A DNA stretch of 64,000 nucleotides from Campylobacteraceae bacterium (GCA_016744535.1 JADGEE010000003.1:4328-68327); one strand, 5' to 3'; positions 19,480 through 29,764 are shown, numbered from the stretch's first letter. A program made the numbers and translations. The notes: generated from the letters alone by a model not told the origin.

Positions 19480-20595
19480 TCAATCTTCGCAATAACTAGG
19501 AATACTAACAGTAACCACAGTTTGATTATTTTTACTCTCTAGTGATATCGTTCCTTTTAATGATTTTTCAATAATTATTTTAACAATATATAATCCAAGT
19601 CCAGTTCCATTCATATCTCTTTTAGTTGAAAAATATGGATTAAATATTTCACCTTTTATTTCATCTTTTATACCACCTGCGTTATCTTTAATTTCAATAG
19701 TTATATTTTTATCTACTGATATAATATTAATTTCAATTAATCTATTATTTTCAATATTATTAATAATAAAAGCCTCTTTTGCATTATTTAAAATCGCTAA
19801 TATTACTTGAATAAATTCTTGTTTTAAACCATAAACATATAAATTATCTTCAGATTCAAAATTTAATTTAATATTATAATCTAACATAGTGGCCTTTAAG
19901 AGTTCAGCAATATTTAAAAAAAGTTTTTTTATATCTAGTTTTGTATTAGGATTTTGTTTAAATGATGTAGTGAAAAAATTAATTGTACTTGATAGAGAAT
20001 TTATCGTATCTAATGATTTTGATATAACATTTTTTGCCTCTTTTACTTTTATATCTCCTAAATCTAAATCTAACTGATAGTTTTGGAGTAGTATAGCCAA
20101 TAGATTTAAAGGTTGTCTCCAATGATGTGCAATATCTTGTAAAATTTCACTTTTAGCAACTATTAAAGCATTATTTATAAGTATTTTATTTTTCTCTTCA
20201 ATCTCTTTTTTATGATTTATAACTAAAACATACTCTTTAATTTTATCTAATAATTTTATTGGTTCAATAGGTTTTTTTATATATGCATCAATTCCTATAT
20301 CTATCGCTTCCATTAAATAATCCTCTTGAGAATAAGCAGTAGTAATAATTATTTTTACTTCGTTTGAGATTTTTTTCATCTCTTTTGCCATATTTAATCC
20401 ATTAATGTTTGGCATATATAAATCTGTAATTACTATCTCTGGAGTATATTTTTTGTATAGTTTAAGCCCCTCTTTACCATCTTTTGCATAATGAAAGTTT
20501 AAAAATTTACTACCTATTCTTCTTTTAATCATTTCAGTTGTAAATTCATCATCCTCAACATATAAAATAGTAATAGAATTGAATAACTTATCCAT
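19480..20595 (-). CDS. hybrid response-regulator receiver / histidine kinase
   Basis: It has a REC domain (ILYVEDDEF...VITDLYMPNINGL...KPI), an H-box (DIAHHWRQPLN) and ATPase N/G boxes (NNAKEAF, DNAGGI, GTGLGLYIV). The ATG at 20595 follows AGGAG. Confidence 0.8.
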   Translation of the reverse strand: MDKLFNSITILYVEDDEFTTEMIKRRIGSKFLNFHYAKDGKEGLKLYKKYTPEIVITDLYMPNINGLNMAKEMKKISNEVKIIITTAYSQEDYLMEAIDIGIDAYIKKPIEPIKLLDKIKEYVLVINHKKEIEEKNKILINNALIVAKSEILQDIAHHWRQPLNLLAILLQNYQLDLDLGDIKVKEAKNVISKSLDTINSLSSTINFFTTSFKQNPNTKLDIKKLFLNIAELLKATMLDYNIKLNFESEDNLYVYGLKQEFIQVILAILNNAKEAFIINNIENNRLIEINIISVDKNITIEIKDNAGGIKDEIKGEIFNPYFSTKRDMNGTGLGLYIVKIIIEKSLKGTISLESKNNQTVVTVSIPSYCED

Positions 20596-20773
20596 AATAA
20601 CACTCCTATTTCTTAAATTCATAAATTTAATGGTTTTTATATTTTAGCAAATAAAAATGATATTTTTATGATATTTTTTAATTTAATAAAAAACATTATA
20701 AAATATAATCTATATATTTTAAATAATCTTTAACATTATTTAGTTAAAATCTTACCAAAAAGGATTTTTAAAG

Positions 20774-21112
20774 TTGAAAATAACAATAGATTGTGATTCT
20801 GTACTTTTGCAAAAAAGTTTAGAAATATTTTTAAAAGAGTTTAAAAGTACAGATAAAAATTGCGATTTTTTAATTTCAGATAAATTATTTAAAGTTAATA
20901 AACCTTTACTTTTTATCTCAAATAGTAGTAATCAATCTTATTTAAAAAAACCTTTTTCTAAATCTAAACTTTTAACTGCAATTGAAAAATTTTATAATGA
21001 GAATATTGTACATAAAAATAGCAATGATAATTTAAAAGTTCAAATTGAAGATATTACAAGAGAGTTTGTAGAGAAACTATTAATAACTATCAAGGGGCAT
21101 TATGAGAGATAA
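20774..21112 (+). CDS. hypothetical small protein (possibly a degenerate receiver-like fold)
   Basis: 112 aa with a TTG start. Its end overlaps rsmD by 11 nt. DFLISD...KPLLFIS...KKPFSKSKLLTAIEKF is weakly receiver-like. Confidence 0.4.
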   Translation: MKITIDCDSVLLQKSLEIFLKEFKSTDKNCDFLISDKLFKVNKPLLFISNSSNQSYLKKPFSKSKLLTAIEKFYNENIVHKNSNDNLKVQIEDITREFVEKLLITIKGHYER

Positions 21113-21716
21113 AAAAGGAAAACTAGTTACAAAAATAATAGCTGGGAAATTAAAAGGTAAAAATATAGAGTTGCCCTCACTCGAAGTTACTCGAAGTTCA
21201 AAAACTGTTTTAAGAGAATCTCTATTTAATACTCTTCAATTTGATATTATTGACACTACATTTGTAGAAGTTTTTGCAGGAAGTGGTTCTATTGGAATTG
21301 AAGCTATTAGTAGAGGTGCTAAAAGTATCTATTTTTTAGAGAAAGATACAGATTCTTTTAAAGTACTAAAAAATAATATTAAATCTTTAAATATTTTAAA
21401 TGCTAGAGCAATATTAGGTGATAGCTTTGAGAGGTTAAGCGAAGTTATCAGTGAGTTAAAAAGAGATAAAACAGAAGCTTATTTCTATTTTGACCCACCA
21501 TTTTCGTATAGAGATAGTATGAATGATATTTATGAAAAATCTTTAAAATTCATTAAAAGTATACCAATAGAAATTATAAAAGAAGTTATAATTGAGCATA
21601 TGAGTTTCCTTGATTTACCAAAAGAAATTGGTCAATTAGAGTTGAAAAAAAAGAAAAAATTTGGTAAAAGTTCAATTAGTTACTATATTTCAAAAAAGGG
21701 TTTAGATGCAAAATAA
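21102..21716 (+). CDS. rsmD: 16S rRNA (guanine966-N2)-methyltransferase
   Basis: Motifs are IIAGKLKGKNIELP, TRSSKTVLRESLFN, FAGSGSIGIEAISRGA and DPPF. Confidence 0.85.
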   Translation: MRDKKGKLVTKIIAGKLKGKNIELPSLEVTRSSKTVLRESLFNTLQFDIIDTTFVEVFAGSGSIGIEAISRGAKSIYFLEKDTDSFKVLKNNIKSLNILNARAILGDSFERLSEVISELKRDKTEAYFYFDPPFSYRDSMNDIYEKSLKFIKSIPIEIIKEVIIEHMSFLDLPKEIGQLELKKKKKFGKSSISYYISKKGLDAK

Positions 21717-22782
21717 AGTTTTAATAGATAGAGGTATAGCAATTTATAAAGTTAATGATAATATAGACCAACCAAGTGCAAAAAGATTTGTAAGTAGTGT
21801 AAATTTAAATTATAGTTTAGCAAAAAATATGAAAATAGAATCTGTTTTATTTTCTCTTAAAGATGTTAAAAAATGTAATGGTACTGGATTAAACGTATTA
21901 TATGAAAAGTTAAAGTTTATAGAGAATGATTTAAAAATAAAAGTTGGTTTTAGTGATTACTCTGAAGATGTTTTTAAGCTTTTAAAAACTATCACAAAAG
22001 GTGGAAGAGTTGGTCTTTTTGAGACAGAAGATACAATGTTATTTTTTTTAAATAAATTACACTTAGAAAAAGGTGATACAGTTGTACTATTTGAAAAGGA
22101 TAAAAGAGAAAGAGAAAAGATATTAGCTGAAATAATTAGTAGAGGATTTTTTGGTGTTGGACTAAGTAATTATGGAGTATATTTAAAAAAAATTAAACAA
22201 AAAAGTAGTTATTCAGTTGCTATGAAAAATATCTATTATCCATATTTTGGTGAAGATATTAAAGAATCTTTAGGAACTGAAAAAATAAAAGAGGCACATT
22301 TAGATGGAGCTAAAAAATTAACAAAAACTCTGGTTCAACAATTACCAATTTTTATAAACTCAACAATTGAAACTTTTGAATCAATGATTGATATTAAGGC
22401 TAAAAAAGAGAATTCTAAAATGTGTGTTTTTGATATAACTGATAACTCTTTAATGGCAAGTTATATCAACTTTGATGGTAAATTAGATGGGATTATTTTA
22501 CTACTCTTTCCTAAAACATTTGCACAAAAAGCTTATGATTCAATGTTTTTTGAAGAGACTGACGATGACGAAGAGTTAAAAGATGCTATGAAAGAGTTTG
22601 CAAATATTATCGGAGGTCGTGCAAAAGCTCTTTTAGAAGAAAAAGACCTTCACGTAAACATATCTCTGCCTAAGTCTTACTCTTCACTAAAAGAGATAAA
22701 ATCTTCAGTTGATAAAAAGCAGGGAGTTAAAGTAACTTTTTCACTAGGTGAGTATCCACTCTATTTCTTTTTAACTAGATAG
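21706..22782 (+). CDS. STAS-like domain fused to a CheX/CheC-type phosphatase domain
   Basis: The N-terminus has LKDVKKCNGTGLNVLYEKLKFIENDLKIKVGFSDYSEDVFKLLK, resembling the STAS D-S-S-G-L core. The C-terminus has DAMKEFANIIGGRAKALLEEKDLHVNISLP, which nearly fits the CheC/CheX D-x3-E-x2-N-x22-P site (here x21). Confidence 0.65.
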   Translation: MQNKVLIDRGIAIYKVNDNIDQPSAKRFVSSVNLNYSLAKNMKIESVLFSLKDVKKCNGTGLNVLYEKLKFIENDLKIKVGFSDYSEDVFKLLKTITKGGRVGLFETEDTMLFFLNKLHLEKGDTVVLFEKDKREREKILAEIISRGFFGVGLSNYGVYLKKIKQKSSYSVAMKNIYYPYFGEDIKESLGTEKIKEAHLDGAKKLTKTLVQQLPIFINSTIETFESMIDIKAKKENSKMCVFDITDNSLMASYINFDGKLDGIILLLFPKTFAQKAYDSMFFEETDDDEELKDAMKEFANIIGGRAKALLEEKDLHVNISLPKSYSSLKEIKSSVDKKQGVKVTFSLGEYPLYFFLTR

Positions 22783-22799
22783 ATACAAATAGAGTAAAA

Positions 22800-23225
22800 T
22801 CACTCTACTGCACCTTTCATAACTAATAGTCCCTCAAGTTTATTTAAGCCTTTAAATCTAGCTTGTTTTAAAGCTGTATTTCCCCATCTATTCTTAACAT
22901 TTATATCAGCACCTCTATTAATTAGATATTTTGCAACTTCAACTTGATTATTCCAAATAGCACACATAAGTGCTGATGCTCCACTTAAATCTATCGCATT
23001 TATATCGTAATTAATTGAAAGCATATGCTCAACTATATCTGTATGACCATAACAACTTGCCACATAAAGAGGTGTTCTGCCTTGAGCATCTCTAATATCA
23101 CCATTAGTTAAAGATTTAACTGTTGTTAAATCACCAGCCATCGCAGCATCAGAGAGTTGAGATTCACTAGCACTTAAGCTTGAAATTAATAATAAAATAA
23201 GAGAGTATAACTTAAAAATTTTCAC
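22800..23225 (-). CDS. secreted ankyrin-repeat protein
   Basis: It has a signal peptide (MKIFKLYSLILLLISSLSA). Three ankyrin units are GRTPLYVASCYGHTDIVEHML, GASALMCAIWNNQVEVAKYLINRGADIN and GNTALKQARFKG. Confidence 0.75.
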   Translation of the reverse strand: MKIFKLYSLILLLISSLSASESQLSDAAMAGDLTTVKSLTNGDIRDAQGRTPLYVASCYGHTDIVEHMLSINYDINAIDLSGASALMCAIWNNQVEVAKYLINRGADINVKNRWGNTALKQARFKGLNKLEGLLVMKGAVE

Positions 23226-23355
23226 ACTTTCTCCTTAAAGTTTTTAATAAATTAAAAGCTTTATTATATTTATTTGTAGTTAATAGTTAATTAAATTAAA
23301 CTTTTTCGTCACTATTCTTTGTTAAACTTTATTAAAAAAAGAGGAAAATTAAATA

Positions 23356-25365
23356 ATGATTGATTTAAAAGATTCAAAACTTTATATAAATAGAGAATTA
23401 TCTTGGCTTAAATTTAACACAAGAGTCTTTGAACAAGCGAAAAAAGAGAGTTCATACTTACTTGAAAGATTAAAATTTATAGCAATTTATGGGACTAATT
23501 TAGATGAGTTTTATATGATTAGAGTTGCTGGATTAAAAGAGTTATATAGAGAAAGAATTAGTGTTAGTGGAATTGATAAATTAACCCCATTTGAACAATT
23601 AAGCAAAATTAGAAGTTATTTAAAAGCTGAATTTATAGAAGTAGAAAAAACTTTCAAAGATATATTTTTTCAATTAGAAAAAAAGGGAATTGTCCTTAAA
23701 AAATTTAAAGAATTAGATAAAAAACTCCAAAATAGTGCTGAAAATTACTTTTTTGATAATATTTTTCCTGTAATTGTTCCAATTGCAATTGACGCAACAC
23801 ATCCATTTCCACACTTTAATAATTTAAGTTTTGGACTTGTTGTAAAGCTTAGAGATAACGAAAATATAAAATATGGATTAGTTAGAATCCCTAGAATTTT
23901 ACCTAGATTTATTGAAATTTCAAATGGAATTTATATTCCAATAGAGAGCCTAGTTGAACAATTTATTAGTGATATTTTTCCATCACATACACTTATAAGT
24001 TCCACTACATTTAGAGTTACTAGAAATGCAGATATGTTAATCGAAGAGGAGGAAGCTGATGATTTTATGGATATTTTAGAAAAAAGTTTAAGACTTAGAA
24101 GAAAGGGAAATTTTGTTAAACTTGATTTTGGAAAAAATAAAGATAAAGATTTATTAGAGTTTTTAAAAAAACATATTCATATCAACGAACAAGATATTTA
24201 TGAGTTTTCAATTCCTTTAAATTTGGGAACACTTTGGCAAATTGTTGGAAATAAAAAATTTACACACTTAACTCTTCCAAATGTCAAACCAAAAACACTA
24301 GCTCCGTTTAATACAAATCAACCTATTATGAATATAGTTTCCAAACAAGATGTAATGCTTTTTCACCCTTATGATAGTTTTGATCCTATTGTAACTTTTA
24401 TTGATGAAGCTTCAAAAGACTCTGATGTTTTAGCTATTAAAATGACACTTTACAGAGTTGGAGCAAATTCTCCAATTGTAAAATCACTTATTAACGCTTC
24501 ACTTGAAGGAAAACAAGTAACTGCTATGATTGAGCTTAAAGCTAGATTTGATGAAGAGAATAATTTAAATTGGGCAAAAGCGTTAGAAGAGGCTGGGGCT
24601 CACGTAATTTATGGAATTACAGGACTTAAAGTTCACGCAAAAGTTGCACTTGTAATTAAAAGGGATAAAGGCGGTGGTTTAAAACAATTTGTGCATCTAT
24701 CAACTGGAAATTATAATCCATCTACTGCTAAAATTTATACTGATATTTCACTCTTTTCAAGCAGAGATATATTAACAAAAGATGCAACAAAATTTTTTCA
24801 TCACTTAACGGGGTTTTTAAAAGGGACTAATTTAAATACTCTATTTGTGGCACCAACTCAAATAAAGCAGAATTTACTTAAATTAATTGAAGCTGAAACT
24901 AATAAAAAGAGTGATGGTGAAATTATTGCAAAAGCAAATGCACTTATTCATCCAGAGATAATACAAGCTCTATATCATGCAAGTATGGCAGGAGTTAAAA
25001 TTAATTTAATAATTAGAGGAATTTGTGCAATTAGACCAAATATAAAAGGAGTTAGTGAAAATATTAGAGTTATATCAATTATTGGAAAATATTTAGAACA
25101 CACAAGAATTTACTATTTTAAAAACTCAAATCCTAAAGTTTTTATTGCAAGTGCAGATTTAATGCCTAGAAATTTAGATAGAAGGGTTGAATTAATGACT
25201 CCAATTTTAGATGAAAATATTGCTAAAAGACTATATGAAATTTTAAAAATTCAAATAAATGATAATATTTTATCTTATGAGCTTTTAAATAATGGAGAGT
25301 ATGAAAAAATTGAAACTAAAAAAGGTGAAAAGTCAATTAATTCTCATCTATTAATGGAAAAATAA
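23356..25365 (+). CDS. ppk1: polyphosphate kinase 1
   Basis: 669 aa with N-terminal YINRELSWLKFNTRV and a PLD-like HxK motif (GLKVHAKVALV), giving the typical PPK1 layout. Confidence 0.95.
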   Translation: MIDLKDSKLYINRELSWLKFNTRVFEQAKKESSYLLERLKFIAIYGTNLDEFYMIRVAGLKELYRERISVSGIDKLTPFEQLSKIRSYLKAEFIEVEKTFKDIFFQLEKKGIVLKKFKELDKKLQNSAENYFFDNIFPVIVPIAIDATHPFPHFNNLSFGLVVKLRDNENIKYGLVRIPRILPRFIEISNGIYIPIESLVEQFISDIFPSHTLISSTTFRVTRNADMLIEEEEADDFMDILEKSLRLRRKGNFVKLDFGKNKDKDLLEFLKKHIHINEQDIYEFSIPLNLGTLWQIVGNKKFTHLTLPNVKPKTLAPFNTNQPIMNIVSKQDVMLFHPYDSFDPIVTFIDEASKDSDVLAIKMTLYRVGANSPIVKSLINASLEGKQVTAMIELKARFDEENNLNWAKALEEAGAHVIYGITGLKVHAKVALVIKRDKGGGLKQFVHLSTGNYNPSTAKIYTDISLFSSRDILTKDATKFFHHLTGFLKGTNLNTLFVAPTQIKQNLLKLIEAETNKKSDGEIIAKANALIHPEIIQALYHASMAGVKINLIIRGICAIRPNIKGVSENIRVISIIGKYLEHTRIYYFKNSNPKVFIASADLMPRNLDRRVELMTPILDENIAKRLYEILKIQINDNILSYELLNNGEYEKIETKKGEKSINSHLLMEK

Positions 25366-25375
25366 AAAAATAATA

Positions 25376-25717
25376 TTATGATTTTTTTACATATTTAGGA
25401 GTAACTTTTATAGCTCCTATTCCTTTTATTTTACAATCTATATTATGCTCATCTGAACTCTCTACTAATCTAATATTTTTAATTTTAGTACCCACTTTTA
25501 CAACAGATGAGCTTCCTTTTACTTTTAAATCTTTTATAACAGTCACATCATCACCACTTCTTAAAATATTTCCATTTGAATCTTTTACTGTAAACTCTTT
25601 TTCATCTTTTGATTCCTCTTGTGACCACTCGTGTGCACACTCTGGACATATATATAAACTCATGTCTTCATAAGTATAATTACTATTACATTTGGGGCAA
25701 TTTGGTAAATTTTTCAT
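25376..25717 (-). CDS. phnA: PhnA/YjdM zinc-ribbon protein
   Basis: It has CPKC...CPEC at the N-terminus and a C-terminal [24 protein letters not shown]...HNIDCKI pattern. Confidence 0.85.
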   Translation of the reverse strand: MKNLPNCPKCNSNYTYEDMSLYICPECAHEWSQEESKDEKEFTVKDSNGNILRSGDDVTVIKDLKVKGSSSVVKVGTKIKNIRLVESSDEHNIDCKIKGIGAIKVTPKYVKKS

Positions 25718-25725
25718 TTATATCC

Positions 25726-27735
25726 TTATTGTATATAATTAACAAGTGATAAGCTATTCACTTTTGAAATAGAAGACATCATTGCTTGATAATTCAAGGT
25801 TAATTGCTGTAATCTAAGAGAGGTCTCTGCAACATCACTATCAAGAACTTCACTTTGCAAAGTTTTAGCATTTACAATCATAGTCTCTTGTCTCTCAATT
25901 GAGTATTGCAATGCTCTACTTTGAGCTCCAACTGTTGTGTGTACTTTTTCAACGTGCTTCATTAAATGATCAATCGAACTAATAGAGTTCTGAATACCCA
26001 TATTTCTACCAGCTAGTGGATCATCTCCATCAGCTCTATATAACATTAAATCAACAGCTTCAATGGCTTCGTCTAATTGAGCAAAAAAGTTTGAGGATGG
26101 CTCATCTAGCGTCAAGGCATTATTTGCATTAAAAATTAGAGTAGAATTTAGATTCGTTCCAAAATTATCTGTTGTGCTATCATAAAGTGAGAAATCCATA
26201 GCAGTATTATTTGAATTTGTTAAATCTCTAATAGTTATTTTACCCTTCTCATCTAAATATACATCCACATTTTTTCTAGCTTCTGTGATATTATCTTCAC
26301 CACTTACAGCTTTTGCAATTTCATTTAATAGTTGTTGATATGTAACTTCATTTATATCACCATTTGGAGTATCTCCTGTCAATCCATTTAAATTAATTGT
26401 ACCATTTATAGCACCACCATTTATATTTTTTCCACTATATGCAAAAGCTGTACTCTTGCCATTTAAATCTCCTGCAACTTCAGAAATTTTTGTTTTAGTT
26501 GTAGCAAATGCATTATCACTTATTGTAACTTGAGATACATTTGATTTAAGATATGAATCCTCTTTTACAAATAGAGTCTTGTCGTAATTAACTCCTAGAG
26601 TATCTTTAGTTCCATCTAAACTTAAAGCATCACTACCACTTTTAATGAAACTTGTAATTACTACACCATTATAGTTTTTCAGACTTCCACCACTACTATC
26701 AATGGCATCCTCTACACTTAAACCATTTAATTGTTCAATATTATTTGCATCAGCACCGCCACCACCACTTAAATCAGTTGCAGCCACCATATGAAAATCT
26801 ATTAAATTTCTACCATTTGTTTTATCTGTAATCTCTATCTCTCCCCACTCATTAAGATTTACATCCACAAGAGTATTTGTAGCGGTATTTCCATAAACCT
26901 CTTCAATTTTTTGTGTTAAATCATCAACTGTATCAGTTGGTTTAATATTAAATTTCTCTTTAAATCTAGTACCGTCAGTCTTAGTTCCTCTTAAATAAAA
27001 AGTTGTATCTGATTGATTATCGTCTATTTGGTCATTATCCCCTACTAAATCTCTAATAGTATCATTTCCCTTAATAAATACTTCTTCAGAAAGATTATTT
27101 GGATCATCAAGTCCGTCCATAGTTCTAGGATAAAGTTCAGTTAAGTTGTAATGTTTTGTATTAGTTGAAATTTTTCTCTTAAAATCTATGTCATTTCCAA
27201 ATAGTAGAGTCTCTCCGTCTAAATTATAAGGAAGTTCAACTTGTGAACCAACTTTTGCATTTAAACTTTCAGCATTCCCATTATAACTTCCATCACTATT
27301 TACTGGCTTTCTTGAAATTGCAGAACCTGAAAATATAAATTTTCCATTAATAGAGGTATTGGATAAATTAAGAAGATGATCTTTTATCGTTTTTAAATCT
27401 TTAACTAACGCTTCATTACTCTCATTTGATTGAATATTATTTCCAGCTGTTAAGAGTTTTGTTTTAAATGTTTCTAAATTTTTTGTAAATTCATTTAATA
27501 CTGAATCTGTATTGTCCGAAAACATTTTTGCTTTATTACTAATATCTTTCGTTTGAGAAAAAGTAGTAACTTCATACTCAAGTCTTAAAGTATCAATAAA
27601 AACAGATGTGTCTTCGTGTCCAAACTGAATTTTTTTTCCACTAGATTGTTCATTGAAAATTTTATTAAAACCTTGCTGAATATTTGAATTATTTACTGAA
27701 AATCTATCGTATGATGCATTAAATGATACTCTCAT
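25726..27735 (-). CDS. flgL: flagellar hook-associated protein 3
   Basis: It has flagellin-like terminal helices (MRVSFNASYDRF...; ...LQQLTLNYQAMMSSISKVNSLSLVNYIQ) around a long variable centre. The ATG at 27735 follows AAAGGAGAAGCG. The track TTG start at 27777 is unlikely. Confidence 0.8.
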   Translation of the reverse strand: MRVSFNASYDRFSVNNSNIQQGFNKIFNEQSSGKKIQFGHEDTSVFIDTLRLEYEVTTFSQTKDISNKAKMFSDNTDSVLNEFTKNLETFKTKLLTAGNNIQSNESNEALVKDLKTIKDHLLNLSNTSINGKFIFSGSAISRKPVNSDGSYNGNAESLNAKVGSQVELPYNLDGETLLFGNDIDFKRKISTNTKHYNLTELYPRTMDGLDDPNNLSEEVFIKGNDTIRDLVGDNDQIDDNQSDTTFYLRGTKTDGTRFKEKFNIKPTDTVDDLTQKIEEVYGNTATNTLVDVNLNEWGEIEITDKTNGRNLIDFHMVAATDLSGGGGADANNIEQLNGLSVEDAIDSSGGSLKNYNGVVITSFIKSGSDALSLDGTKDTLGVNYDKTLFVKEDSYLKSNVSQVTISDNAFATTKTKISEVAGDLNGKSTAFAYSGKNINGGAINGTINLNGLTGDTPNGDINEVTYQQLLNEIAKAVSGEDNITEARKNVDVYLDEKGKITIRDLTNSNNTAMDFSLYDSTTDNFGTNLNSTLIFNANNALTLDEPSSNFFAQLDEAIEAVDLMLYRADGDDPLAGRNMGIQNSISSIDHLMKHVEKVHTTVGAQSRALQYSIERQETMIVNAKTLQSEVLDSDVAETSLRLQQLTLNYQAMMSSISKVNSLSLVNYIQ

Positions 27736-27777
27736 CGCTTCTCCTTTAATAATAAGCAATCTTTTATTATTTAACAA

Positions 27778-27791
27778 GCAAAAAGCTCTCC
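27778..27791 (-). promoter_or_regulatory. possible sigma54 promoter upstream of flgL
   Basis: The minus strand reads aaGGagagctttTTGCtt. It has GG-N10-GC spacing and a -12 box like those of the two stronger sigma54 sites in this window. The -24 box is poor (GGAGAG against GGAACA). Confidence 0.3.
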
Positions 27792-27925
27792 TTTTTTGAT
27801 AAATTCAATAAAATTTAAAAAAAATAAGCAAATCCCCTATAAATTGGCTATTTTTTAAAAAAAGAATTGAATTTTTTGAAAAAAGAGTGTAGAATTTAAT
27901 TATATTTTTTAACAAGGATAAAATA

Positions 27926-28216
27926 ATGAAAAAATCTGAATTTGTAGATATTGTTGCAGAAAAAAGTAACCTAACAAAAAAAGATGCAAAAGTTGCCGTA
28001 GATTCAGTATTAGAAGCTGTTACTGAAACACTTCAAAGTGGAGACAGTGTAAACTTTATAGGTTTTGGTACATTTTCAACTGCAATAAGAGCAGCAAGAG
28101 ATACAAAAGTTCCTGGAACTGATAGAATAGTTCATATCAAAGAGACTAGAGTTACAAAATTTAAAGTTGGTAAACAATTAAAAGAAGCTGTTGCAAATAG
28201 AGAAGCTACTAAATAA
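27926..28216 (+). CDS. hup: HU-family DNA-binding protein
   Basis: 96 aa with MKKSEFVDIVAEKSNLTKKDAKVAVDSVLEAV...FIGFGTF...RNPKT-like arm. Confidence 0.9.
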   Translation: MKKSEFVDIVAEKSNLTKKDAKVAVDSVLEAVTETLQSGDSVNFIGFGTFSTAIRAARDTKVPGTDRIVHIKETRVTKFKVGKQLKEAVANREATK

Positions 28217-28220
28217 ATAA

Positions 28221-28243
28221 AAAGAGAGTTTTTTACTCTCTTT
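28221..28243 (+). terminator. hup rho-independent terminator
   Basis: It forms the hairpin aaagagagt-ttttt-actctcttt, followed by attt. Confidence 0.55.
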
Positions 28244-28247
28244 ATTT

Positions 28248-28332
28248 GCCAAAGTGGTGGAATGGTAGACACGCTAGACTCAAAATCTGGTGAGCTTTGC
28301 TCGTAGGGGTTCAAGTCCCCTCTTTGGTACCA
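28248..28332 (+). tRNA. tRNA-Leu (anticodon CAA)
   Basis: The acceptor stem is gccaaag/ctttggt, the D-loop is gtggaatggtag and the anticodon arm is ctaga-ctCAAaa-tctgg. It has a long variable arm, a T-arm ggggttcaagtcccc and an encoded CCA. Confidence 0.9.
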
Positions 28333-28443
28333 TTAATACTTATTATTATCTACAAATTAATTAAATTTTTCAACTTTTTCAACTTTAAGAAAAAATCCTA
28401 TTTTTTAAGTATAATTACATAAAAAAATAAGCAAGGTGCTTAA

Positions 28444-29733
28444 ATGAGAGTTTTAATTTTTATATTTTTTATTCAAGGGGTTTTAATGAGTGCAGTTGTA
28501 GAGAGTATTAAAGTTAGTGGAGTTGATATTCCAATAATTTTTGAACAAGAGAATAGTTTACCAATTGCAAATATGCAAATTGTTTTTCAAAATAGTGGTG
28601 CTATAAATGATGGAAATATAAGTGGTTTAGCACAAATGAGTTCAAAAATATTAAATGAGGGAACAAAAAAAGATGGTTCAATTGGATTTGCTAAAAAGCT
28701 TGAAGCAAAAGCAATTTCACTATCTGCTAGTGCAGGGGTTGAAACTTTTGTATTAGAAGTTCACTCACTAAAAAGTGAATTTGAGAGTGCTGTTAGCTTT
28801 TTAAAAGAACTTTTACTAGATCCAAATTTAAGTGAAGACGCTTTTAGTAAAATTCAAAATATGACAATTGGTAATTTAATGAGAAAAGAGAGTGATTATG
28901 ACTATATTGCAAATATTAATTTAAAAGATAAATTATTTAAAGACACTCTCATTCAAAAGCCATCATCTGGAACAATTAAGAGCATAAAATCTATGAAACT
29001 AAATGATATAAAAAAGTTTTTAAATAAGCATTTAATTAAAGAGTGTGTTATTGTTGTAGTTGGTGGAGATTTGAATTTAAGTGAAGCTAAAAATTATGCA
29101 AAAACTATTTTAAATGTTTTAGATAGTGGAGAACCTAAAAAATTAACTACAAATTTAAAAATTTCAGATAAAAAAGAGTTTATTAAAGTAATAAAAGAGG
29201 ATACTAAACAAGCTTATGTATATTTTGGAGCTCCATTTTCTATTAACACAAAAGATAGTGACACTTATAAAGCAAAAGTTTCAGCTTTCATCTTAGGTAG
29301 TAGTGGATTTGGTAGTAGAATGATGGAAGAGATTAGAGTTAAGCGAGGTTTAGCTTATTCTGCTTATTCAAGAACTAACATAAATAAGAGCCATAGTTAT
29401 TTTAGTGGTCATCTACAAACTAAATTAGAGAGTCAAGATGAAGCTATAAAAGTTGTAAGAGAATTAATAAAAGAGTTTGTAAAAGATGGAGTTACAAAAA
29501 AAGAGTTAGAGAGTGCTAAAAAGTTTCTACTAGGAAGTGAACCACTTAGAAATGAGACTCTCTCTCAAAGATTATCAAAAACATTTCAAGAGTTTTATAG
29601 AGGTTTAAAAATTGGTTATTCTAAAGATGAATTAGATAAAATTTCACAATTAGAGTTAAATGATTTAAATAAATTTATTAAAGAACATAAAGAGATAAAT
29701 GATTTAACTTTTGTTGTTGTTACTAATAAATAA
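28444..29733 (+). CDS. M16 (pitrilysin) family protein, probably non-catalytic
   Basis: It has the M16 two-domain layout. The zinc motif position reads GLAQMSSKILNEGT instead of HxxEH...GT. Confidence 0.75.
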   Translation: MRVLIFIFFIQGVLMSAVVESIKVSGVDIPIIFEQENSLPIANMQIVFQNSGAINDGNISGLAQMSSKILNEGTKKDGSIGFAKKLEAKAISLSASAGVETFVLEVHSLKSEFESAVSFLKELLLDPNLSEDAFSKIQNMTIGNLMRKESDYDYIANINLKDKLFKDTLIQKPSSGTIKSIKSMKLNDIKKFLNKHLIKECVIVVVGGDLNLSEAKNYAKTILNVLDSGEPKKLTTNLKISDKKEFIKVIKEDTKQAYVYFGAPFSINTKDSDTYKAKVSAFILGSSGFGSRMMEEIRVKRGLAYSAYSRTNINKSHSYFSGHLQTKLESQDEAIKVVRELIKEFVKDGVTKKELESAKKFLLGSEPLRNETLSQRLSKTFQEFYRGLKIGYSKDELDKISQLELNDLNKFIKEHKEINDLTFVVVTNK

Positions 29734-29764
29734 GAATTTATATTTATAAAAAATTGGAGGCTAA

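Noticed and set aside
27841-27848. A sigma28-like -10 box (GCCAATTT on the minus strand) upstream of flgL.
   Set aside because: It has one mismatch in the critical CGA core. No TAAA lies 15 nt upstream; the sequence there is ATTC.
28132-28314. 60-aa minus-strand ORF.
   Set aside because: It overlaps the 3' end of hup, its terminator and most of tRNA-Leu on the opposite strand, so it is spurious.
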